DNA of 63,148 bases, filler included, from Rhabdomonas costata (lineage: Eukaryota): the NCBI GenBank assembly GCA_019059605.1. It is 28 parts of 28 records of this genome, joined end to end, with 100 filler letters (N's around TTAATTAATTAA, not from the genome) between each part and the next. Parts side by side here need not be neighbours in the genome. Positions count along the whole stretch, not along the records: positions 24,836 to 26,994 come from JAHMHO010005186.1; positions 27,095 to 29,252 come from JAHMHO010005187.1; positions 29,353 to 31,510 come from JAHMHO010005188.1; positions 31,611 to 33,769 come from JAHMHO010005189.1; positions 33,870 to 36,026 come from JAHMHO010005190.1; positions 36,127 to 38,289 come from JAHMHO010005191.1; 22 more parts are not named here. One strand, given 5' to 3'. Under the pieces are notes generated by a model. That model made no database searches, had not been told where the DNA came from, and saw only the letters and a program-made list of their open reading frames with translations. Each line of letters begins with the position of its first letter. Within the stretch, counting starts at the first letter, position 1. The position numbers and the translations under genes are program-made. Positions 25,037-37,666 of this stretch are shown in pieces.

Positions 25037-26236
25037 CATGGGTTGCAGGAATGGATCTCTGTGATGACGGCAGCGGAGGGGACGGCAGAGCCTGCGATGA
25101 CCCGCACCATGGCGTTCGTGAGGTTGCCCGCAAAGCCCTGGCATACGATTTCCGTGGCCTCGCGGGTGGGCGTGTGGGTGACTATGGGGCAGCGGGTCCC
25201 GCCCACCCACACCTCCGCCCCGAAGTACCCAAAGTTGTAGCCTGAGTGGAGAAGACGAGTGGAAAAGAAGAGCTCGCGCAAAGCAACAAGGAATGGCCCC
25301 GCATTTCCCGGCCAAACCCGGCGCTGGGGAGCATATACATCGCAGTACACTTGGAAGCACAACAGCATCAGTTATTGTCAGAGACCGATTCTAGGCTTTT
25401 CTAAACATTGCGGATCGGGATCGGGAGCCCTCTGCGCTAAGCTTTTGTCAAGGGCTCCCGCTGGCCTTCTGCGGACTGGAAAGAAAAAACCGTTGCCCAG
25501 TATACTGGGGGTCGCCAAATACTTGAGCCCCAAAGGCAAAAGTCTGGCAGATGGTGGCCATGCTCAACAAAACGAAGGAACCAAAGTACCGCTGGACATC
25601 CTAAGTCGGGTGGGACGCATCGCATCGGGTTAACCGACATCTGCCTGTGAAAACCCTCCAACATTTTAGGCCACTGTACGCAGTCAGCGTTCATGCGAAG
25701 GCTGCGAAATTCAAAAAGGTCTCGCGCCAAGTAACAGAAAACAAGACCTCTCTTTCACGTTGCGGGACGATATATGCAACGTGCTGAAGTGGACGGTGAT
25801 TATACTGGGTCTGAGATTCAAACGGATCACATGCTTTCCTCTGAGTTTCGGGGTGCGACCCTCCGCACTTTACAGAGCAGTTCCATGGGTGGAGGGGGTA
25901 GTGGAGTGGGCGAGCACCTTGGATAGTCAGCGGAAAGCTCGCCACTGTGCTGCACGTGATGTAGTTCATAGACCCCTCACAGCCCAGGACCCTGACCGCG
26001 GTGACCTGAGGCGCGGGGAAGCCGAGGCCAGGAGTGGTGACCACCGAGAGGTTGGCGTTGGCAAAGGCCCCAAAGTACCCCACGCACTGCAAAGCGCTGG
26101 GGGTGGAGCTCCCCGTGGAGGGCGCGGTGGTCCAGGACACCGCGGGGCATCGCAGCCCGTTCACGAGGACAGTGGGAAGGTCGGAACCGAAGTAGCTCCC
26201 CACAATGGTGAAGGCCTGCCCTCGCAGCTGGCAAGC
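25037..26236 (-). CDS. IPT/TIG-repeat cell-surface protein, partial (exons 26236-25918, 25241-25037)
   Basis: Two repeats of TI.G..FG.....V.V.G..C...I.C: FTIVGSYFGSDLPTVLVNGLRC and LTIQG|YNFGYFGAEVWVGGTRC. Confidence 0.75.
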
Positions 26237-28314
26237 CTGAGAGAGGGACACGGGCGGGAAGTGCGAGGGCGGTTTCCCCCTCAGGGAAGTTTATCGCGAG
26301 CGGTTGATGATTTGCTTTGCCTTTGTTTGGCTTTTTGGCAGTTGACTTCGAGACTCAAGTTCAATCTGAAGGTGAGAGAGCAAGGCTAACTCATTGCTGA
26401 GACTGCTACTGACGGGAAGGAGCATGTTTCGGCCCTGGAGGCTAGAGAGGCTACAGAGAAGATTCAGGGGGCACCGAGTGCAGGAGCAACCACAACAGGG
26501 ATTGGGTCTCCTCTGCTGCTCTCTGCGAGTCCAGAAACTTCCCTCTGCACATAATTGAAGGGATTTTTGTTTCCTCTGCTTCATTCGAAACGAAGAGAAA
26601 GAGGTCGAGAGTGGGGAGGTAATTCAGGGCAGGGTTCCCCCGGAACAGCGGAATTTTCACAGCAGGAGAAACTGACCCACTGGCTCCCCATGGTTAAAGA
26701 TTCACCAAAAAAACAAAACAGTTTCACCATTCCCACGAAATGAGAGAGTGATCCTGCAAGAGAGAGTCTAGAAATCCAACTGATTGATTGCAACTAGGCG
26801 CTGCGCTGGAACTGTGGCAGTTCTTACCCATGTCCCACACCAGAGGATTGTTAACCTTATGCACGACTGTCGGGGTTGCCTGCTTAGAGCGGCTCTCGGC
26901 GGGTTAAAAATACCTTTTTACTGAACTCAAATCTCCCCCAGAACGCAAGGGCGATGCACGATTCCCAGGATTCCAATAGAAGATTTGCAGGGGGNNNNNN
27001 NNNNNNNNNNNNNNNNNNNNNNNNNNNNNNNNNNNNNNTTAATTAATTAANNNNNNNNNNNNNNNNNNNNNNNNNNNNNNNNNNNNNNNNNNNNGGGGGT
27101 GGGGCATCTGAAACGAAACGCCGCCCAGAGTTTGTAGCTGCAAGGCGTTTCGGCATATACCCATAAAAGGACATCCGGTGCCGTTTGCCGTTTACCGTTA
27201 CACTTGGTACGCCGTCTGTAGCGATCTGGAGCCCTCTGGAGTCATTGGATATTCATGTTCGAGTTGGAGTTTTGGGGTGAAAATATGTTGTGTGATTCTC
27301 AGCACTCCATGGCTTCAGCCGCGGCTTAATGCGCAGCTTGTGGTGTCTGTCGCCTTGTTGCAGTGCCCGTGAGAAGTCGAGTCGAGTCCACGTTAGATCT
27401 AACGTGCGCCAACTTGCGCCAACTAGATCCACGTGTTTCCCTTTCCTTCATCTCGGCCATCTGGTGGTGTACATAAAAAGGCCCCTCCATTCAACCCGAC
27501 TCAGTTTTGGTCGATAATATACCTGGTTTCTTTCAATTGCGTTGTTCACTGAGTGGCGTCGTTTCTGTGAGCAACGATAGGTTTGATTCGTTCTTGCTTG
27601 TAAGACTGCCGACAGATCTTCCAAAGCCGAGGGCCCCGTCATGTTCACAGGCTGTTTGTTCACTCACTTCAGTTTCGGTTTGCATTTCAACTCTTGATGT
27701 GCCGCTGTGTGATGTGTGTTGTGCGCTTTTTCAGCCCGCGCCGAACACTGTGCGTGCGACAGCTGACAGAGCTGCCGCCAGCAGCAGTGCGGGGAAGTGC
27801 TCTTGCTAAGGCTCTTTGGCCTCAGCACTATTGACTGTGTTCACTCCTTGAGGAGGGTGTCTGTGAATACACTTTTTGTACAGGGCACGTTCTCGCTGCC
27901 GCTTACCGCCCCTTCCCCTGCCAACTTCCCACAACCGGTGAACGGTTGGTGGTTGTCCCCATGGTTGCTGTATTTTCTGAAGTGCCTTAGGACGGAAAGG
28001 AAAAGGCAAGAAGTAACCAGAAGACCAGAAGCTGAAAGTACTCATTGAGAAATGTTCCTGTTTGGAAGGAAAGAACTTATTTACAGCAGGCGGTATGCAA
28101 CAAAATCAGAAAGAGGCAGGGCGGCAGGGACGAAAAGGTGGGTTTCAAAACAAAGTGCCTTTCCTGTGGCCGAAGGAAATTGTTCGGGTCACCACCCACG
28201 TAGCTTGTTTATCACCGATAAAGGGTTTTGAATGGGCTTCCTACTCTCTACATGGCGGAACCCTGTCTCTCTGTTGCGGTGCTTCCGGGCGCTAACGGCG
28301 AGTAGTCTGCTCCG

Positions 28315-28688
28315 ATGAACCGCTACTTCGTCCTGGTAGTGGCGCTGCTGTCCCTACTGTTGGCTGGCATCCTTTTGACCCCCCGGTTGGTTGCGGTGGA
28401 GCGGCACTGGCCCTTTGGGCTCGAACGCCTTCTTCGACGCCCGCCGTGTGCCCCTTGCACTTGTGCTAACAACACCCAGGGCGAGACACTGGGACAGCGG
28501 GGTGGTATTGCAAACCCTTCTCGGAAGTCCTCTGGGGGGTCTGAGGATGCGGGTTCACTGGGAACGACTTTGGCTGGCCGTGGGGAGGAGGAGGGACTGC
28601 TTAGCTCGCCACCGGCTGGTCTTGGGGCAGACCCCTTGTATCCACTGTTTGTGTCCTATCCGGGGCAGTTTCCTGCTGAGACGCTGAG
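28315..28688 (+). CDS. First exon of a type II membrane or secreted protein (glycosyltransferase-like topology), function unknown
   Basis: ATG, short basic N-terminus, hydrophobic helix YFVLVVALLSLLLAGILL, low-complexity stem, donor ctgag|gtgctc. Confidence 0.5.
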
Positions 28689-29352
28689 GTGCTCTTCAAA
28701 CTCTTTCTTCCTGGAATTCCCCCTGCCTTTCGTTGTCCTGTGTTCGATGTCATCTGTTTGCTGCTTGATGTTTGCACTTGGACCTTGTGAAAGAGAACTG
28801 TCAGCACTTTGGGGTGTACTTCGATTCACTTTTTTTGTGCCGGCCCGCCCACTTGCTTAGAAAGTTTGGTCGCCCCTCTGCGCAACTGCTTCCTGTGGAC
28901 CCACGTGTTCTAGGCATTTGCGTTGTTTCCACTTATACGGTACGTATATATACGCTTGTGTGCGCGAAAGAAAAAGACGGAAAAATTCAAAACAGCACCC
29001 GTTGGCGTGATAATCAGCAAATCACACCACACCACGCTGCGCTCGAAAAGAGTCTCCTTCATTTTACTTTTTGTGGTGAATTACATTTTCATGGTCTTTT
29101 ACGGCTCGGAGGAAACGCTTCTCTCCCTCTGCTTTGCACAAAGACACTGAAATTAACAAATATCGCCCGCTCGAGGATGAGAGTATGAGGCGCAACAGAA
29201 TTGGAGTGCGCCCGAAACCCAAATGTGCACAACCGGGCGCAACAACCAACCCNNNNNNNNNNNNNNNNNNNNNNNNNNNNNNNNNNNNNNNNNNNNTTAA
29301 TTAATTAANNNNNNNNNNNNNNNNNNNNNNNNNNNNNNNNNNNNNNNNNNNN

Positions 29353-30361
29353 ACCTCACCCTGTTGAACGCCTACCATGCGTTCAAGGCAAAGCTGGTGG
29401 AGGGCGGCGCTCAGGTAATTGTCTGTGTTCGGGTCTGTGCCTTGCGCTGAGAGTCGTTGATGTGTCCGGCTTAACATTTTTTTGTTCTATGAGCAGGTGG
29501 TGTGAATCGGCATCCAAACCGCATCACCTGCCTGCAATGGCGGAGTTGAACGGAACGTGGCGAGAACTCATTGTTACAATATATACTTATGAGATGTACC
29601 ACAAATGTGAATATTACATACATTTTATTTTGCGCTTGACAGAACCAGACTTGTGGGATTTTTTGTGTTCAAACTGGTCCTGAGAAGTGCCCCCCCCCTG
29701 TATCCCCTTTTCCACGAGTTGTGTCAGAGTCCTCCCGCGCTTAGATGCACCCCGCTGTCCCATTGTGAGACTTTGTCTAATTTGTCTGTTTGTCTATTTA
29801 GGAGGAAAGTGACCAAACTGACCAAATCAATGACATTTGCACGTAGTGTATGTGTGTGGGTCTCAGGCCGCAAAGGAGTGGTGCATGGAGAACTTCGTCA
29901 ACAGCCGGTCCATCACCCAGGCGGACTCTGTCCGCACGCAGCTGGAGCGGATCATGACTCGGTTCAGTTTCAGCATGCAGTCAACGCCGTTCCACAGCGC
30001 GGAGTACTACGCGAACATCCGCCGCTGCCTGCTGGCCGGGTTCTTCATGCAGGTCGCCCACCGTCAGGGCACGGGGCACTACCTCACTCTCAAGGACAAC
30101 CAGGTTGTGGTGTTGCACCCCAGCTGCGTGCCCATGGACGCCCCGGAGTGGGTAGTCTACCACGAGTTTGTGCTGACCTCCAAGAACTTCATCCGCACCG
30201 TGACCTCCGTGGATCCAGAGTGGTTTTTTGACGCCAGCGAGAAGTACTTTGACCTGGACAGTTTCCCTGCGGGCCCCACCAAGGTTGCGCTGCAGCGGGC
30301 GAAGCGAACACGGGGCAGGGCTGCGGGCGGGGTGGCACCCACCAGCCCGGTGACGTACTGA
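29353..30361 (+). CDS. DHX15: Pre-mRNA splicing DEAH helicase PRP43/DHX15, last exons 29353-29414 and 29867-30361
   Basis: LTLLNAYHAFK; WCMENFVNSRSITQADSVRTQLERIM; YYANIRRCLLAGFFMQVAH...YLTLKDNQVVVLHPS; PEWVVYHEFVLTSKNFIRTVT. Confidence 0.95.
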
Positions 30362-31610
30362 ACTGCTGAGGCACTGACCCAATTGTGACAGCGTCTGACA
30401 GTGCTTTGGGAACTTGGCTCATGTGCATTTCTCTTGCTTTTTGCTACTGTGACTTCCATCACTTCAGTTGACGTCATCCCTTCATCTAATTCAAATGTGA
30501 GATACACCTGTCTTGCTCGAATTTAAGGCAAACTGATAGCACCCATCACACAGGGTTGGGCGAGCACAGTTGACCGACAAGCGTTTCAAGAGACAAAGAG
30601 GAGAAACCCAAATCTTTGTTTTCCGTGGCAGTTGGCGGCAAGGCACATTGAAATGTGGTCCGGTTTCGGGGCCGATTTCAATTTTGCCTGGGCAAATGGG
30701 TTTTACTGGCTTTCACAACGTGGGGAGCGTCCGACGCCCCCCCCCCCAGGACGCGTCCTCCGACTCGCTGCAATCGAGCCGGAAGGCCCCTCTCGGAAAA
30801 GTGAAGTGGAATAAGCGGCGGCCTATCAGCCGAAATGAAGAACAGCGGAAACCAAGAACCGGAGTTTAAAGCTAAATTTTTCGAACTGCAACGTGGGTGC
30901 GCGGAACGGCCTTCTGCGGGCTCGCGGCCGCGGGCTCCGCTTATTCAAGGGGGCGGGCTGTGTGCTCTCCTGGCTCCTGCTTCTTGCTTCTATGTTTGGT
31001 GTTCTCCCCTTGCGTTGCCGTGGTTAGGTTTGGCTTGTTCTCGCTGCCCGCGCCTTGGCGCTAGACGTGCGGCTTCCTCCCCTTTTTGCGCGCGCCACGC
31101 GCCTCCTTTTTATGCCTTTGCCTCAGGCCGCTTCCTTGGGACCCTCCCGCTTTGTTTCCCCAACTTCGTGTTTCCCTTGCGCCCAGTGTAGGACACGTTC
31201 CACGCGAAGAATCATCGGGGTTTCCGGAATTTCTTTTGGCTTCACAGCAGGTCTCTTGCGTGCCATTATCCCTTAAAGCTAAGCCCCCGAGCCTCAGAAC
31301 TCGTGCATATTTGCTTCTTCAAATTTTCTATCAGTCATTTGTGATGATTCGGCATCATTTAGTCTCACATTCAATGCAAGGGCAATTATGAGCAAAGACA
31401 AAGAAACCGTTTCTACGTTTTCCCACTGTTCTTCCTTCAAAACCAACAACATAGATATAACGAAACAACCTCCATTGTAAATACCCGAGACATCCATACG
31501 CCCCACACAANNNNNNNNNNNNNNNNNNNNNNNNNNNNNNNNNNNNNNNNNNNNTTAATTAATTAANNNNNNNNNNNNNNNNNNNNNNNNNNNNNNNNNN
31601 NNNNNNNNNN

Positions 31611-33769
31611 GCCTTGTTCCGGACTTCCCAACACCACATGCCCCGATCGCCACAGTTGCTACACGGCCACCTCGCCATCTCTCTGCTCGTACCCGTTGGA
31701 TACCGACCCCCTCTGCGTTGCTCGGCAAGGGAGCACTTACGACGACGTGCTGCGGCTGGACTGTGATTATGTGATTCTGAATGTCCCCCCTACACGAAGA
31801 GAGACCAACAAGTACATCGTCGTTCATGCGGGCAGTTGCGATCTCAAGACGGAGGTGATTGGCCCATGGGCTGCATGCGACCGACAAGTCAACCTATGGA
31901 TGCTTACAGCTAGCGCTGGCATCTCCCAGCAAACCTGCATACGGAACCGTACGGTTTGCGGCGCCCTTCACCTTTCGTGGACTTTTCCCACACAAAATCC
32001 ACACATCGGCTTGGGCCTCAACGAGCCTTCACTGGTGAAGATCTACGAGAACAAGAAGAACATCATGTTGTTTCTGCACGAGTGCGATGGACACCACAAT
32101 GTATCCGGTGCAAAACTGGTTGATAATCCATGTCCGCGCAGCGGAAACCCGTTTACAGTTGCATTTTTGGCACCGACCCGAACTTTGCCAGCAAGTTCGC
32201 TCGCATAAAGCCGCTGCTGACGAAGCTGGGCAAGTCCAAGTACATCCCCTGCCGCGTCGAGGCCGTCAACGCCAACCTCCCATCCCCAGGTTCGCAAATT
32301 GGAGTGCCCTGCAGTGGGTTCAACTTCGACTGGGGACACCCCGCGAATATCCATTGGGAGCAAGCATCGCTAATTACCCAAGCCCTCGCCGTGGCGATCA
32401 AGGAGGAGGGCAACTGCCAAGGGTCGCAGTGCTATCTCGCCCCTTACAGGCTGGCCATCGAGATTGCCCTGGAAGGTACCCAGGGAACCACCACCCATGG
32501 GCGTGCTGAGCATCAGCCCGAAGGTTCCATCGATGTATCGGACTCGTGCCCACCTTCGGTTTGCGGGTGCGAAACGGCATCGATCCCATGTGCCGTGTGC
32601 GGGTCCTCGTCCTGCGATGGCGCTTTGTCCTAATTCTCGCAGAGCGTGGATTTAAGGAAACGTCTGTTTTGGCTGCGCTTCTCTCTGTGTGCTCAATTTT
32701 GTTCCCTCCTCTCCCTCTTCATCTTTCTGGTTAGCAACTGAAGTCCTTCCTGTGCACTCTTGGGGTACTGCCACCACCGTGGAGAAACTTCTGTTGCTTT
32801 GACCACTTTTTTCTCAAGCTGTGATATCTGTTACCATCCGAGCAGTGCAGAGCCTTCGAATTTTCGCTTTGCACATGTGGAGCAGGTTTTGGTCAACGCT
32901 AATCTCGTTCAGAATGCTTTTTTCCTGCTGTTACTGTGCCATGTTTTTTTTCGGTTGCTGTACGTTACTTTCATGTGCCTGGTTTAGTGTGCGCCTGTTT
33001 GCCCCGTATATAGTTGCACTATTGCCAGTGCATATCATTGATTGGTGTGCCGTGCCAATGTTCTCTTTTTGGAGCTGTGGTGCTGGAACTTCTCCTTGCT
33101 CTGTCACTGCTTGCCATCCAAAAGCACTGCAGAATGAAACCAACTTTCGTCACGAGGTATGTCTTTTTTGAAAGTAGTGTGCTGGGGGACGAGGCTCTTG
33201 CTAGAAAGAGCTGCTACCAGAAGAAACTTTGTGGTAGCGTTTTTCTGCAGGTTGGGGTGTGGTTTTCTCTCTCGTGACTTGAAGCTGGAAACCTTCTCTG
33301 CTTGTCGAACCGCCAGCACCGCAGGGCTCTATACGTTAGATTTCTTTTGAAATCTAATTCTTGGGTCCCATATACGCTTTTTCCACACTTTCGGAGTGTC
33401 GGTTTCCTGCGTCCGACATATTTTCGCGCCAAAAATTTTGCAGCGCTTCGGCGCTTTGTCTCACCTGCTTGCTGCAGTTTTGAGCGCAATTTCGTTGCGC
33501 TCACACCACACAGCGGGCCGCCGCCCGAACGAAAGCTACTGGACGTGTTCTGCTGTTTCTTTTTTCACGCTTTCTCTCCAGCACAGCGTTTCTTACGGCA
33601 AACCTTCCTGTCCTCACGATGCCGTTGCTGTCCACACTGGTTATTTTCTTGGCCTGTGTGCTTTCCGTCACGGCATGGTCGCCACCAGGGCTACCTTCCG
33701 TGCCTTGTTCCGGACTTCCCAACACCACATGCCCCGATCGCCACAGTTGCTACACAGCCACCCCAACAA
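31611..33769. repeat. Contig with ~61-bp terminal direct repeat (unit 2091 bp): tandem array unit
   Basis: 31611-31671 matches 33702-33762 with a single mismatch (ACG/ACA). Confidence 0.9.
31612..32633 (+). CDS. Cys-rich secreted protein of unknown function (signal peptide of the next copy at 33619-33769); one frameshift near 32164-32168
   Basis: ORF 33619 (MPLLSTLVIFLACVLSVTA...) is in frame through the terminal repeat with ORF 31696-32208. GC3-rich coding continues in ORF 32130-32633 after a T5 run. Confidence 0.65.
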
Positions 33770-33946
33770 NNNNNNNNNNNNNNNNNNNNNNNNNNNNNNN
33801 NNNNNNNNNNNNNTTAATTAATTAANNNNNNNNNNNNNNNNNNNNNNNNNNNNNNNNNNNNNNNNNNNNGGTTGTTTTTCTTTCCTGCGAGTGTGTCCAC
33901 TGGTTGGGAAGATGCTACCACATTTTCGGGGTTGGTGCTTTCGCAG

Positions 33947-35936
33947 GCCACGGTTGGGGCTGAGCCAGACTTCACTTTGACGCTTTGGTACTGGTCCGAG
34001 GAGAGAATCATTCTGAGGTCAAAGGCGTTTGGAGCCCGTGTGGTTAGAGTCTCATTCAACAAGGTGCGCAGACGTGCATTGTTTTACCACTTGCCCATTT
34101 TCCTGAGTTGCCTCAACTATATTGCTGTGTAATGTTTTTCAGGGAGACGATGGACAACTGACGACTTGCGGGATGGGACACATTAAGTTTTGGAAGATGG
34201 CGCAGACGTTCACTGGCCTGAAGCTTCAGGGCGCAATTGGGAAGTTTGGCAAGGTTTCCACGGATACCCATTTTCTGTCCCAGCTGTGTTGTTGTGCTCC
34301 CTCTGAACTCGGTTATGGTTTCACTCCTTCTAGGTGGAAATTTCGGATATCACTGGTTACGTTGAGCTTCCAGATGCCAAAGTTCTCTCGGGATCTGAGT
34401 GGGGCAGCTTGTTGCTGTGGCAAAACAACCTGATCAAGACGGAAATCAACAGGTAAACCAGGCGCTTGTCTTTGAAGAACTTTAAATGCCAGGTCACTGT
34501 GAGGAGCTTTTTTTTGGTGCTCGGAATTGTTCCGAAAGCTGTATGGTCGGACCCTTCTATTCCACGCTAAATATTCTTTCTGCCGTTCTGTGGTATAGTA
34601 TCAAACAATTTGCGTTTTCACACATGTTTCGACTGCATTGGCTTCTAAGACTGGCTTCCAAGAGGCGTAATGTTTGGAGCCTGTACGGCTGACCTCCTAT
34701 CTTGCCTTCACGTTTTGTTATGTGTTGAAAATTTCCACAGAACCGGGCTCATTCCCTGCCATGAGGGTGCCATTGACGTTGTGCTGCTCGAGGACAACAC
34801 CGAATGCTTTATCACCGCGGGCCACGACGGCTATTTGCGTTGGTGGGAGTTTGACCTTATTGACTCCGCGGATACCTACGACCACGCGCCCATATACACC
34901 CTGGAGGCAGCTTTTGAGCTTCGAGTGGCTGAACGCTGCGTCATTCGAGGTTGGTGGGCTTTCGAGTTTCCACCCCTCCCTTTTCTGGCTCATTGAGGGG
35001 AACAGGTTTCAGTCATCAGCTAGCCAGCCTCCTACTACCGTGATGTTGCTAATTGCCTCGACCTCCACGCATTGTCCACCAAGCGCATTTCCCCCGTGTG
35101 AGGTATTGCATGCCTTTCGCCCGGACCGCGATAACCCTGTGTGCCCACATTCTGTTTGAAAAAATTGCAAGATGATTCATGTGGTCCTCCTCTCCCCGGT
35201 GGCGGTGGCGGTGGCGATGCCACGCGATCGCTCGGGATTGCATGCAAGGCCACGTGATGGTGTATTCTACATTTCAACCAACCGCAGTATCTATAGTGAG
35301 CCATTTTTTTTACTTAGATCCTCTGGTGATGACCACTTCTCATTTTCCGTGAGACTTTCTTGATACAGTGGGCTCTCTTTCTCCGCAGGAATGACCCGCG
35401 GGACGGACTGTTGGGTGGTGCAGGACGGCCTGGGGGGCTATTGGCGGGTCCCCTACGTTTCGTGGCAGGCCATTAAGGAGGGTACCACAGCCTTCCCCTC
35501 GGGCTCGGTGGTGGGGACGCTGTTGGTCTCCTTCCACGCGGGACCCATCCGCTGCCTGGTTACCCCCCCCCCATCTTGCAATTTCATCCCAGCGAGTGCC
35601 AGGGAGTTTTTTGAATTTTCGTGGTGGAACGATGACTCATAATTTTATTGTCATCCCAAAAGCAAATCCGTTTCGGAATGCTTTTCTTTCTTTTCAGTTT
35701 GTTCGCGCGTTTTGCACTGGGAAACGGCCAGGTACCGTTTGACACTGTGTTGACACTGTGTTGACTGTTTTTTTTTTTGCTGTTTCTTAAACGTTACAGA
35801 CGGGTTTTGCTCTTCCCACCTCTTTAGCAATCCTCGCCCAACGAGCTGACGGCCTTGACCGGGGGTGATGATGGCACCCTCCGTCTGTTCGACTTTGTCA
35901 CTCACAAGCAGCGGCATTGCTCGCGATTTTCCTCAG
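33947..35936 (+). CDS. CFAP44: Cilia- and flagella-associated protein 44 (WDR52), exons 33947-34063, 34143-34253, 34334-34452, 34741-34949, 35389-35558, 35828-35936
   Basis: [71 protein letters not shown]. In-phase GT-AG junctions. Confidence 0.95.
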
Positions 35937-36286
35937 GTTCGCATCTAGCCCAGGATTCTGCCTTCAAGTGTCCACAAAAATTTATCATCTCCAGTTTGTT
36001 CACGATGTCTCTTGCCCCCAAACCCCNNNNNNNNNNNNNNNNNNNNNNNNNNNNNNNNNNNNNNNNNNNNTTAATTAATTAANNNNNNNNNNNNNNNNNN
36101 NNNNNNNNNNNNNNNNNNNNNNNNNNTTGTGGTTTGTCAACGAGAGGAGACCAGTGACGCGGTCAGTGGGTTCCGAAAGGCAACGGTATCACCATCATCG
36201 GAACGGAAGAAACTCAGGACAACGTCGAAGAGGAGTATGAAGGGGTGCAAATGGCAGCGAAACAAAAGGGGGGGGGGGACAGTCAC

Positions 36287-37666
36287 CGGTGAGGGTGACC
36301 ACACTCACAGGCTCGTTGCGGGTATTGATGACGTACACGCGGTGGATATGGTGGTAGGCGAAAAGCTGAAGCATTCCCAGGAACGTGACCCGTGAGGTAC
36401 AGGTGACCTGAGCAAGACGGGAGAAAGGGAGCAGAACTCGCAGGTGCTGACTGCAACTGCAAGAACCACTGGACCACACGGAGACTGGAGCGCAATGCAG
36501 TGAAAAATCAGAGGGGGGAATTGGGTATCGGAGAGTTACAGACTCGGATTATGTTCAAACACTGAGCCATGAGCAGTGCTGCCATTCAGCGGCCTTCGAA
36601 ACACCGAGGGCAAAAAGCCACAACTCACCTTAGCCCCAGATATGCCCCGCGTCTCAAAAATGGTACGGGGACGGGGACACACAACTAGCAGGCCAAAAAA
36701 AGGCAAAAACACCTCCAGCCCCTCTCCCCCCTTCAACACCACTTTTAGCCTAAAAGTCCGGAAGGATTTTAGAGTGTGCTTTTTTCGGCTGCGACTTCTG
36801 AGGTGACCCGGACAATAGCATCGCACCAAATCAGGTTTCCCTTTGAAGAACAACCGGCTTCTCAGGTGGAAAAGGCTTCCCGATGCTCCCTGATTTTCAT
36901 CTTTCCCTTCGTTTCCTTCAGTTGACCTTCCGCTCGCACCAAGTTCGCCATTGCTGGAAATGGGTGGGGTGCGCGAAAGAGCTAAAAGGTGCACCACTCG
37001 AGATGGGAGGCCCAGGAATCTCTCCACAGGGACAGCCAAGGAGAGGATGTTCTGAGGGGAGAACCCCCGGATGTCGCTTGCGCTGAGGTTGCCGATCTGT
37101 GCACAAAGCATTCCCCCCGAAAACTCGATCCCCACCCACCGAAAAAAAAACAAAGTTCACAAGGCCAATGAACGTCTATAGCGTCAAGTCCTCCAGATGA
37201 AACCGCCGCACAAAGGAAAGATGAGGCCACCACCACATCCGCACTCTCACACAATTATTTCAAAGAGGTAAAGGCAAAGGGAAAGCGCACCCGAGAATGC
37301 AATTGTGGAACAGGAGACTTTTGGGACTGAAAAGCACCGAAAAGTAAACCAAAACTCAATTTCCCGCCACAACATATGCCCTATCTTTGTCCCAGGGTTC
37401 GGACACTGGTGAAGCTCCTTCGCGGCACAAACCTTCGCGGCACAACCAAATGGGAATCACATCAATGGTGACAGAAGCAAGAGCGAGAATGGAGGGAGTA
37501 GAGGGAGGAGGGCACCAGGCAGCCCGCCGCGTCTGTGACGGCAATTGCGGTGAGCTTTTCGCGGAGCATCAGCGCAAAGGCGTGGAGAGTGATGCAGTGG
37601 GCAGGCACCGACACCACAGGCTTGGCCGCTAGCCCCAGGTCGTCCAAGTTGTGCTCCGCCAGTGAT
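36287..37666 (-). CDS. CBS-domain protein (AMPK-gamma/Sds23-like), exons 37666-37516, 37096-36995, 36407-36287
   Basis: AFALMLREKLTAIAVTDAAGCL|IGNLSASDIRG and VTC...TFLGMLQLFAYHHIHRVYVIN...PVSVVTLT. Confidence 0.85.

Noticed and set aside
25760-26389. 209-aa plus-strand ORF
   Set aside because: Antisense shadow of the GC3-rich IPT/TIG exon. The same applies to many other track ORFs, e.g. 10032-10460, 29981-30382 and 59433-59906.
32310-32345. SGFNFDWGHP resembling the GH18 chitinase DGxDxDWExP motif
   Set aside because: The acidic residues are absent and I recognise no other GH18 motif; too weak without a profile search.
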